From: a virus
Lineage: Duplodnaviria; Caudoviricetes
IMG/VR virus record: IMGVR_UViG_3300033069_001711
Location: 1-64,000 of that record
Direction: 5' to 3' (one strand)
Length of the DNA stretch: 64,000 nt
Part shown: positions 48,894 to 56,696 of the stretch, in pieces
Numbering within the stretch: position 1 is the stretch's first letter
How the letters are laid out: every line of letters starts with the position of its first letter
Position numbers and translations under genes: made by a program
Notes under the pieces: model-generated
Told to the model about the DNA's origin: nothing
Databases searched by the model: none
Seen by the model: only the letters and a program-made list of their open reading frames with translations

Positions 48894-49430
48894 ATGATTC
48901 ACTACCTCATCGGCGATGCGACTGAACCTCATGGGCATGGTCACAAGATTGTGGCGCACGTCTGCAATGACATCGGTGCGTGGGGACGTGGGTTCGTCTT
49001 GTCTCTGTCACGTAAATGGCCTGAGCCAGAAGCAGTTTATCGTCGTTGGTATCAAGAACAAGACGAAACAAACATCAATGACATGTCAATCAACGTTCGC
49101 CTCGAGCTTGGTCAGACCGTCAACGTTATAGTCGACAAGACTGCTGACAATCAAATCTTTGTCGCCAACATGGTAGCTCAAATGGGTATCATGGCGAAAG
49201 ACGGCATTGAACCGATTAGATACGACGCTCTTCACAAATGTCTCAATGACGTCGCAGCCAACGCTAGAAAATTTCCCGCAACTGTACACATGCCACGCAT
49301 CGGTTGCGGACTTGCAGGTGGCGAATGGAAAAAAGTCGAAGCCATCATCAATGAAGTCATGTCAGACATTGACGTATACGTTTATGATTTTGAAACTCAA
49401 GATGCACGTACGATTCCTTGGAAAAAGTGA
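48894..49430 (+). CDS. Macrodomain ADP-ribosyl hydrolase (Poa1/DarG-like)
   Basis: GDAT...AHVCNDIGAWGRGF; MPRIGCGLAGGEW. Confidence 0.85.
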   Translation: MIHYLIGDATEPHGHGHKIVAHVCNDIGAWGRGFVLSLSRKWPEPEAVYRRWYQEQDETNINDMSINVRLELGQTVNVIVDKTADNQIFVANMVAQMGIMAKDGIEPIRYDALHKCLNDVAANARKFPATVHMPRIGCGLAGGEWKKVEAIINEVMSDIDVYVYDFETQDARTIPWKK

Positions 49431-49585
49431 CCTGTACATCTCGCACTCTTGACAGATAGTTATCTCAAGAATATGACACGCTTCTTGTGAATGCAATGCG
49501 GTTGAACCGCGAGTAAGAGGACCTCCTCCACTAGTTCGTCACGAATTTTCGTTTCGTCATTAGTGTTTGAGTTAAGAGGTTTCAC

Positions 49586-50026
49586 ATGTCGTATAACATC
49601 GGTCTTCAAGTTCTCCGTGCAAAAGTTCGCGGGTTTCACGCTGCGGGTTCAACTATTTCGTTTCGCATCGCTAAGAGCGAAAAGGAACAAAAACATCGTC
49701 TTTGGGAATCCAAACGTATGTTGGGTTCACATGCACGTCATCACATGATTGCCTACGGTTTGCTCCGGGGAATTGCATATCATCAAATTGAAAAATGCGC
49801 GCTAAACAACAAACCAGATCTAAAGTACCTGCTTCGAATCGTACAAGACCACGGAGGAAAGTCGTGGACACTGGAAAGTTTGATGCAACTACTCGAGCGC
49901 TCCTCGACGGTGTCATTGCCTCAAACAGAAGACTTGCAGCAAATCCGGTCTCTCGCACAGACTCCTCAGTCTATCTCGGAAAGAGCGGTTCTGGTCACTC
50001 AAAAGCCTCTAGAAAAAAGAGCGTGA
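49586..50026 (+). CDS. Hypothetical phage protein (RHH.IAY..LRG motif)
   Basis: HARHHMIAYGLLRGIAYHQIE; GAGG SD. Confidence 0.6.
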   Translation: MSYNIGLQVLRAKVRGFHAAGSTISFRIAKSEKEQKHRLWESKRMLGSHARHHMIAYGLLRGIAYHQIEKCALNNKPDLKYLLRIVQDHGGKSWTLESLMQLLERSSTVSLPQTEDLQQIRSLAQTPQSISERAVLVTQKPLEKRA

Positions 50027-50034
50027 GGCGTGCC

Positions 50035-50382
50035 ATGGCCACCATTAAGATGGGTGACAAACTTTACCTAGTGACACGTCGAGACATCGCTCCTGGTTAT
50101 CAAGCTGTTCAATCGTGTCATGCGATGAGGCAATTTACAGCTGAACATCCGGACAGAGACGGTGAATGGTTCACCAACTCGAACTATCTCGCGTTGTTGT
50201 CTGTCGCTGACGAGGTCGAACTCATGCGTCTAATTGCAGACGCAAAAGATCATGGTATTAGATGGTCTGCTTTTCGTGAACCAGATGTCGGCGGACAAAT
50301 TACTGCAATTGCGCTTGAACCACATCCTAAAACTGCTGAGATGTGCAAGAAATTGCCATTAGCGTTGAAAGAACTGTCATGA
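50035..50382 (+). CDS. Peptidyl-tRNA hydrolase PTH2-like protein
   Basis: KLYLVTRRDIAPGYQAVQSCHA; FREPDVGGQITAIAL. Start reassigned to ATG 50035 (GAGG upstream). Confidence 0.75.
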   Translation: MATIKMGDKLYLVTRRDIAPGYQAVQSCHAMRQFTAEHPDRDGEWFTNSNYLALLSVADEVELMRLIADAKDHGIRWSAFREPDVGGQITAIALEPHPKTAEMCKKLPLALKELS

Positions 50383-50525
50383 AAATTTTGAGAATTTTCT
50401 TACTTGCTGTTGGAATTGGAATCACAACATGGTGTATCGTCACGCATCAACCTACGTGGTTGATAGTTTTCAACGTAACGATTGATGCATTTGGCGTTTT
50501 AGACCTATTGACGAGGAAGTCATGA
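50379..50525 (+). CDS. Small two-TM membrane protein (48 aa)
   Basis: ATGA overlap; two hydrophobic segments. Confidence 0.5.
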   Translation: MKILRIFLLAVGIGITTWCIVTHQPTWLIVFNVTIDAFGVLDLLTRKS

Positions 50526-50884
50526 GCGAGATTGAGTCTGTTTCTAACAACATTGCATTTGAAGATTTTATGAAAGTAGACATTCGCGCAGGCTACATTG
50601 TAGCAGCTGAGCGAGTTCCTAAATCAGACAAGCTTTTGAAATTGACAGTTGAATTTGGCGATCTTGGCACTCGCCAAATCCTTGCAGGAATTGGAAAATG
50701 TTATTCTCCTGAAAACATTGTTCGACTAACTGCGGCATTCATCGTAAATCTCGCCCCCAGAAAGATGATGGGTCTTGAGAGCCATGGCATGATTTTGGCA
50801 GCTGAAAACTCTTCTTCCGAGGATGGTGAAATTTCTGCTGTATTCTTGTCTGGTGCTGTAAAAACGGGAGCTAGACTAGGATGA
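50522..50884 (+). CDS. tRNA-binding OB-fold protein (Trbp111/CsaA/MetRS C-terminal type)
   Basis: FEDFMKVDIRAG..ERVPKSDKLLKL..RQILAGI..NLAPRKMMGLESHGMILAA. Confidence 0.9.
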   Translation: MSEIESVSNNIAFEDFMKVDIRAGYIVAAERVPKSDKLLKLTVEFGDLGTRQILAGIGKCYSPENIVRLTAAFIVNLAPRKMMGLESHGMILAAENSSSEDGEISAVFLSGAVKTGARLG

Positions 50885-51309
50885 CATCCCTCTCAGTCGT
50901 CTTTACGTTACTGTTGGCATTTCAACTCAAGCATTTTTTAGCTGACTATCCATTACAACGTCGCTACATGCTTGGCAAATTTAAAGACGATTGGGGCTTT
51001 TTCTTGCCTTTACTGGCACATGCAGCAGTGCACGCTCTTGGCACATTCCTAATTACGTGTTGGTTTGTTGGCCTAGGTAAAGCTCTCTTTTTAGCTGTTT
51101 TTGATGCCGTGATTCACTTCATCATGGATCGCATCAAAGCTTCAAAAAAATACTTGGGACGCTTCAAACCACTTACTGCAGCGGATGCCGCAATTGCAAC
51201 TCCTACGCAATGGAAGCATAATGATTACTTTTGGTGGTCTCTTGGGATTGACCAGCTGGTTCATCATCTCACGCACTATGCTATCATTTGGGTGATCATC
51301 TCACAATGA
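50881..51309 (+). CDS. DUF3307-like membrane protein
   Basis: KHFLADYPLQ; HAAVH; HFIMD; DQLVHH. Confidence 0.7.
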   Translation: MTSLSVVFTLLLAFQLKHFLADYPLQRRYMLGKFKDDWGFFLPLLAHAAVHALGTFLITCWFVGLGKALFLAVFDAVIHFIMDRIKASKKYLGRFKPLTAADAAIATPTQWKHNDYFWWSLGIDQLVHHLTHYAIIWVIISQ

Positions 51310-51920
51310 CAGAAAATCGTGTTAGTTTTTTCAATCGGCTCGAACCATTCTTGGCGCCCAGTGTTCTACTGGATGTTCAACATGCGTATACTCTGGCAAA
51401 ATATGGACACAGAGCACAGGTCAGAAAAGAATTAGATTCAGCCGGAGAACCTCTTCGTTATTTTGAACACGTGAGACGAGTGGCTATTGTTCTAATAGAC
51501 GAAGTCAAGATCATCAGATCAGAAATGATTGTCTGCGCTCTCATGCACGATATCATCGAAGACGCCCCCAATCTCCCACCAGCGCTAATTGAACATTGTT
51601 TTGGTACTGACGTTGTCTGTATCATCAAAACATTGAGTAAGGCACCAAAAGAAGGTTACCTTGAACGTTTCAACATGTGTACTGATTGGCGTCCATATGT
51701 TATCAAAGCATGTGATCGCTTAGATAATCTTAGATCATTGTCTAACTCTAGTCGTGATTTTCGCTTAAAGCAAATTCGTGAAACACGTGACAATTATCTG
51801 CCGTTGTTTGATCGAATGTTGTCATTGACACCGAGCGAATTCAAAGAACAAGTGATGTGTTTACGTGATGCTATTAGGCGTCAGACAGCCCTGCTTGAAG
51901 CACAAAATCCTCCGATTTGA
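51306..51920 (+). CDS. RelA/SpoT-type HD-domain small alarmone hydrolase-like protein
   Basis: H..QVRK...YFEH; ALMHDIIED; KACDRLDNLR; ATGA overlap sets the start. Confidence 0.8.
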   Translation: MTENRVSFFNRLEPFLAPSVLLDVQHAYTLAKYGHRAQVRKELDSAGEPLRYFEHVRRVAIVLIDEVKIIRSEMIVCALMHDIIEDAPNLPPALIEHCFGTDVVCIIKTLSKAPKEGYLERFNMCTDWRPYVIKACDRLDNLRSLSNSSRDFRLKQIRETRDNYLPLFDRMLSLTPSEFKEQVMCLRDAIRRQTALLEAQNPPI

Positions 51921-51932
51921 CTTAAGATTCAT

Positions 51933-52006
51933 GCTCTCGTAGCCTAGCGGTTTAGGCGACCGGCTTTCAATCCGAGTAAAGGTGGGTTCAACTCCCACCG
52001 AGAGCG
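51933..52006 (+). tRNA. tRNA-Glu(UUC)-like gene with irregular anticodon arm; no encoded CCA
   Basis: Perfect acceptor GCTCTCG/CGAGAGC, D arm GCCT/AGGC, T arm GTGGG-TTCAACT-CCCAC; anticodon region ACCGG-CTTTCAAT-CCGAGT. Confidence 0.8.
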
Positions 52007-52016
52007 CAATAGAAAT

Positions 52017-52235
52017 ATGGAACAAGACGATTACACAATTGAACTCATCAATAAATGGACTGCCACCGGTCACCTGATCAATGTCAAAGAACAAGAACAG
52101 ACTTTAGTTGCTCAAAGACTTGAAGCCGCTTATCGTCGAACATTGGGACAAAAAGGTGATTCTGGGGCTTTCGAAAGAGAGTTGCAATCGTTACGCCGCG
52201 AGGGTTTCTTTGGCAAATCAGTGAACTCGAGGTAA
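52017..52235 (+). CDS. Hypothetical protein (72 aa)
   Basis: Co-oriented ORF. Confidence 0.45.
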   Translation: MEQDDYTIELINKWTATGHLINVKEQEQTLVAQRLEAAYRRTLGQKGDSGAFERELQSLRREGFFGKSVNSR

Positions 52236-52255
52236 TAAAGCCATAAGATCTGCAA

Positions 52256-53119
52256 ATGTCAGATCGGAAGCAGATTGAAGAACAACACCTTAAAGGCCAA
52301 GCAGATCTCGTAGAAAAACCAAAATACGAAAACTTGCCTACAGGAAAACCTCATGTCTCTTTTTCAGAGATGGGTGACTGGAATAGTTGTTCGTATCGAC
52401 ATAAACTAAAATACGTTGCCAAAATTGATCTAGGGAAACCTGGTCCTCTTATGGATTTTGGAACAGCGGTTCATGCTTCTTGCGAGGATTTTCTTAGAAC
52501 TCGTGTGATGAAACCTGAAATTGCCGAAGCGATGATTCGGAAAGTTTGGGAAAAGAACAAAGAGATTCAAGGATTTGAACCTAGTTCAGTCGAGCGTTAC
52601 ATCAAAGAAGCTCAAGAAATTTTAGCTGACGTTCCTGCTTGGGTTGATGAAACTTTTCCTGAATGGGAATTTGTTGATGCAGAACATTACCTTTATGAGC
52701 AAATTGGTGATAAACCACATGCTTTCAAGGGATTTATCGACGGTATCATCAAGTGCAAAGGCCCTCGCAACAAGACTCTAATCTGGTTGCTCGACTGGAA
52801 GACTACGGGATGGGGTTGGACTTCAGAAAAGAAGGGCGATCCAAATGTCACAGCCCAACTTGTTCTTTACAAGAACTTTTGGTCGATCAAGACTGGCACT
52901 GATCCTAAAGACATCAGGTGTGGATTCATCTTGTTGAAACGCAGCGCCAAAAAAGACAAACACTGTGAATTAGTGACGACTTCAGTGGGTGAAGTGACTA
53001 CAGCAAGATCACTCAAGGTCATCAATAACATGCTGGCTAGCGTGAAAAAAGGTATTGCGATCAAAAACAGAGCCAACTGTACGTGGTGTGATTATTACAA
53101 CACTCCACATTGCACTTGA
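52256..53119 (+). CDS. PD-(D/E)XK exonuclease (Cas4/RecB-like, phage type)
   Basis: HVSFS...CSYRH; GTAVH; GFIDG; DWKT; QLVLY; C-terminal CTWCDY..HC Fe-S-type cysteines. Confidence 0.8.
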   Translation: MSDRKQIEEQHLKGQADLVEKPKYENLPTGKPHVSFSEMGDWNSCSYRHKLKYVAKIDLGKPGPLMDFGTAVHASCEDFLRTRVMKPEIAEAMIRKVWEKNKEIQGFEPSSVERYIKEAQEILADVPAWVDETFPEWEFVDAEHYLYEQIGDKPHAFKGFIDGIIKCKGPRNKTLIWLLDWKTTGWGWTSEKKGDPNVTAQLVLYKNFWSIKTGTDPKDIRCGFILLKRSAKKDKHCELVTTSVGEVTTARSLKVINNMLASVKKGIAIKNRANCTWCDYYNTPHCT

Positions 53120-53134
53120 TCGCTACCTAATAAC

Positions 53135-53857
53135 ATGACATCACCCCAGTTTTTGATCTGTACGATGTGGTGTGGCGAGTTGGATTATCCTCATCATATT
53201 GAATCACTTGTCAATCAACCCGGGGTAATCATAGAACATCGTGTTTTTAAAGACATGGTCGAAGTGGATGGTCACAACGCAGTTTATCAGGCGTTCAACG
53301 CGGCGCCACCCGACGTAATTCGTGCTAAAATTGATGCTGATGTTGTCTTACACACAAATGTGCTGGCATCTATCGCTCAAATGGTTCATGCCAACACATG
53401 GTTGGACCCTCAGACCCACGATTACTTCACAGATAATGCATTGTTTGCCGGGGTAGCATTCTATGGCCCCACAGTGCGATTTAAACATCAGTCACTGACG
53501 TTGAAATGTGACCGCAACGTGGCTCAATACGGTGATCATAAAACAATGGGAGTGATCGGTACTCATGCTCATCACGCTGATGAATGGACAGGATTTCGTT
53601 ATGGTTTTCACAGAGGACTAAAGAGTCAATTACCTGTGTTTGACATGATGAGTGCGGCGCACCGTAAAAATCAGGACGTTGTTAGGTTAGCTGCCATTCG
53701 TGGATTTGAATTAGCCCAAAGCGACATGTATATTGACTATCACGTCAAAGGCTCTGAGCCCCCGATGGATCACAATTACAGCAATCCAAAATTGCGTGAA
53801 CTGTACGATCTTTATCACGTTCAAGAGAAAAAGATCCCATCTAGAACTTGGCGTTAA
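53135..53857 (+). CDS. Putative GT-A-like transferase, paralogue of 42699..43427
   Basis: AKIDADVVL; HDYFTD; CDRNV; FRYGFHRGLK. Confidence 0.5.
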   Translation: MTSPQFLICTMWCGELDYPHHIESLVNQPGVIIEHRVFKDMVEVDGHNAVYQAFNAAPPDVIRAKIDADVVLHTNVLASIAQMVHANTWLDPQTHDYFTDNALFAGVAFYGPTVRFKHQSLTLKCDRNVAQYGDHKTMGVIGTHAHHADEWTGFRYGFHRGLKSQLPVFDMMSAAHRKNQDVVRLAAIRGFELAQSDMYIDYHVKGSEPPMDHNYSNPKLRELYDLYHVQEKKIPSRTWR

Positions 53858-53864
53858 TTACGTC

Positions 53865-54440
53865 TCAACGAATTGCTAGAGCACAATATCTGCCAAATTT
53901 GTCCAAACTAGCTTCTTTGACGTCAAGCGTGATCATTTTTTGTTCATCAACAATCTTTTCGATTTTTTCAGCTAAGGCTAATTTGTGCATATCGTCAATG
54001 ATGATAGCACCGCCATAGGTTAAAAAATCAAACGCTAACGTACAATTGTCGTAGCGTACGTCCATACGACCCAGATCGTATAGAACAAAGTCAAATTTTT
54101 GAGGTAATTCTACTAAGAATTCTTCCCATAATTTGAACCCAGATAACGTACCGCAGAATTTCTGCGTTAACGCTAAATACTCCGCGTCTGTGTCTATAGA
54201 CGTCACTGGAATTGATCGATCTTGGGCCCACGTTCGAAAAACGTACGAACTATAACCAGATCCTAAATCTAAGATGTTTGTAGGTTTTAGAAGATCACAC
54301 ATCACCCAGATTAGAGCTGCGCACTCAAGAGATATTGCCATGCCTTCAGCACCACTGTGCGTGTTGATGTAAAGTTCATATGACTGCTTGAGATGCTCTC
54401 TTGCAATGGCTAATCGTCTTGCGTCATTTCTGAAGTGCAC
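53865..54440 (-). CDS. Class I SAM-dependent methyltransferase
   Basis: ILDLGSGYSS; FDFVLYD; GGAIIIDD. Confidence 0.75.
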   Translation of the reverse strand: MHFRNDARRLAIAREHLKQSYELYINTHSGAEGMAISLECAALIWVMCDLLKPTNILDLGSGYSSYVFRTWAQDRSIPVTSIDTDAEYLALTQKFCGTLSGFKLWEEFLVELPQKFDFVLYDLGRMDVRYDNCTLAFDFLTYGGAIIIDDMHKLALAEKIEKIVDEQKMITLDVKEASLDKFGRYCALAIR

Positions 54441-54443
54441 AGA

Positions 54444-54451
54444 TTAAATAG
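54444..54451 (-). promoter_or_regulatory. Candidate late promoter CTATTTAA
   Basis: Only 3 nt upstream of the annotated GTG of the lone minus-strand methyltransferase. Confidence 0.35.
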
Positions 54452-54501
54452 GCCAGGAACACCGCCGCAGTTACAACTGATGTCCGCCTGAGTTCCTACA
54501 C

Positions 54502-54529
54502 TTTACAGATTCAACGAACGGATTACCAT
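54502..54529 (+). promoter_or_regulatory. Candidate sigma-70-like promoter TTTACA-N16-TACCAT
   Basis: 9 nt upstream of the endonuclease ATG. Confidence 0.35.
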
Positions 54530-54538
54530 CTAAATCAG

Positions 54539-55459
54539 ATGTTCGTTCGTGTCTGTGAATGTTGCAAACAAACCTTTGAAGCTAAAGTCGCTAACAAGCG
54601 ATTCTGCAAACCAGAATGTTTTGCACAGCATCGCAAAGCTTACGGCATCAAAAATATCGAATCACGTAAAGTGGAACGCGTCTGTCGCCAATGTCGAAAG
54701 GCCTACAGACGCGTCTATGCAAAATCAGGGTTCTGTTCCATTTCTTGCGGTTCTAAATGGAACATGGAACATGGTGTGTTTGATGCATGGAAAACATCAC
54801 AATTAGGCAAACGCTCAGGCAAATACGTTCCGTGCAATGAATGTAGCAAGGCGCTCTACACGGTAGAACATCAATTCAAACAAGAATTGCATTTCTGCGA
54901 TCGAAAATGTAAGGGACGTTACGACTCCAAGCAATACGCCGGCGTTGGCAATCCGATGTTTGGACGCATGCTTAGCGATCGGTCACTAGAAAAACAAAAA
55001 CGTACGCTGCTACAAAATCACGGTGTGACAAATGCTTTTTTCTTGAGCAAGCATCGGACGATATCGAAAGCGCAACGGGAAATTCTCGATCACCTATCAA
55101 GTAGTCTACCATCTGCAGCATTTGAGGGTGAAAAGCTGTTCCATAGTGGAACTCACAAGTACTTCATCGATATCTTCAGCGAAAAAGCAAAGATGGTCAT
55201 CGAGTACAATGGTGATTATTGGCATTGCAATCCATCCCAATTTAGCGGTTCTTTTTTTCATCCTAGAAAACATAAACATGCAGAACAAATTTGGGCTGAA
55301 GATGCAGAACGAATGAGAGTGATGCAACAAAAAGGTTACCACACCGTCACAGTGTGGGAGAGTGAGTACTGTTCTGACAAACAGAATGTGCTTGATAAGT
55401 TGATAGAAACCGCGAAACAGTTGTCAAACAAGGTGAAAAAAGGTAGCGCAAGTGGTTGA
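54539..55459 (+). mobile_element. Putative homing endonuclease: Zn-finger repeats + Vsr/DUF559-like nuclease
   Basis: Three CxxC...C(S)xxC units; NPMFGR; YFIDIF...IEYNGDYWH...VTVWE. Confidence 0.7.
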
Positions 55460-56696
55460 AAAGAAAAAGATTTTGATGTTAAGTGATCACCCGTTATCTA
55501 CGTCAGGTGTCGGTACACAAGCGCGTTGGTTAGCACAAGGATTGATCAATACGGGCAAGTGGACGTTTAGATGTTTTGGCGGTGCTGTACGTCACGAAAA
55601 CTATGACACAGTCAAAGTCAACGATGACATGATCATTAAGCCAACTAATGGATTTGGTGACAAAAATCTGTTGAGATTGACGTTAGCGGCAGAAAAGCCT
55701 GACGTTCTTTTATTGTTCACAGATCCTAGATTTTTTCTGTGGGCGTGGGAGATGGAAGATGAAATTCATCAGGTTTGTCCGATTGCATACAACCACTTAT
55801 GGGACAATCCCCCGTGGCCAGAGTTCAATCGAATTCTATATGAATCAACAGATTTAGTGAACTGCATCAACTACCCAACTTATGATATGGTTCATCAACG
55901 TTTTCCTGAGAAGACGAATTACATTCCACATGCGGTGCCGAACAACATCTTTTTTCCGCTACCAGAAGATGACAAGGTACGTTTGAAAAACATGATCTTA
56001 GGAAAGGATCGAGCAGATCACTTCACGGTCTTGTTTGTTAGCAGGAACGCTAGGCGAAAGATGCCTAGCGACGTCATCATCTCCTTTAAACAATTTCTAG
56101 TCGAGCTAGAGAAAAAACATGGTCACCGTAAAGCAACGTTGGTGATGCACACCGACCCGCTCGATCCAGAGGGTCCCAATTTGCACCATGTCATTGACAT
56201 GCTTCATCTCAAAGAACATGTTGTTTTTTCAAAGGATCGCATTGGATTTCCGGAAATGAACTCCCTTTACAATATTTGCGACACCATCGTTAATCGATCT
56301 TGTAATGAAGGATTTGGTCTTCCTACGTTGGAGATGATGATGTGTGCAAAGCCTATCATTGCACTCAAAACAGGCGGCTTGACTCGACAAGTCGAAGACT
56401 TTGAAACAAAGGAGCAATATGGAATTGCTCTAGAGCCCGAAGTTAGATCGATGGTTGGTAACCAAATGGTTCCGTACATCTATGAAGATTTTGTTTCACA
56501 TGAAACAGTGGCAAAAGCATTCATGAAAATGTTTGAAGAAGGTCCTGATGGGCGAGCAAAATTAGGTGCTAAAGCCCGAGCGCATGCCATCAAAGATTAC
56601 AGTGTTGACAAAATGATTTCAGAATGGGATCGAACTCTTACTGATCTGACCAATACGTGGAAAAATGACAATCGTTGGGAGGCGATTGAAATCTGA
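55452..56696 (+). CDS. GT4 glycosyltransferase
   Basis: LSDHPLSTSGVG; IPHAV; RNARRK; NEGFGLPTLEMMMC. Confidence 0.85.
   Translation: MVEKKKILMLSDHPLSTSGVGTQARWLAQGLINTGKWTFRCFGGAVRHENYDTVKVNDDMIIKPTNGFGDKNLLRLTLAAEKPDVLLLFTDPRFFLWAWEMEDEIHQVCPIAYNHLWDNPPWPEFNRILYESTDLVNCINYPTYDMVHQRFPEKTNYIPHAVPNNIFFPLPEDDKVRLKNMILGKDRADHFTVLFVSRNARRKMPSDVIISFKQFLVELEKKHGHRKATLVMHTDPLDPEGPNLHHVIDMLHLKEHVVFSKDRIGFPEMNSLYNICDTIVNRSCNEGFGLPTLEMMMCAKPIIALKTGGLTRQVEDFETKEQYGIALEPEVRSMVGNQMVPYIYEDFVSHETVAKAFMKMFEEGPDGRAKLGAKARAHAIKDYSVDKMISEWDRTLTDLTNTWKNDNRWEAIEI

Noticed and set aside
48796-48900. Hydrophobic reading VFGKKINRIRNNTIVAMAVIVITTIILKLIH between nadM and the macrodomain gene
   Set aside because: It follows an in-frame TGA, and the only start is an internal ATG within the hydrophobic stretch; cannot be supported as a gene
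49449-49477. Sigma-70 promoter from a perfect TTGACA
   Set aside because: The hexamer at 17-nt spacing is TATGAC, lacking the conserved final T; the overlapping ATAGTTAT motif is an equally good explanation
49586-50382. Programmed -1 frameshift fusing the 49586 gene to PTH2 (the PTH frame is open from 49792)
   Set aside because: The only canonical heptamer (A AAA AAG near 50013) is phased for the PTH frame, not the upstream gene; ATG 50035 has its own SD
52256-53119. Cas4-like gene as a sign of CRISPR
   Set aside because: No repeat-spacer array or other cas genes seen; solo Cas4-like exonucleases are common in phages
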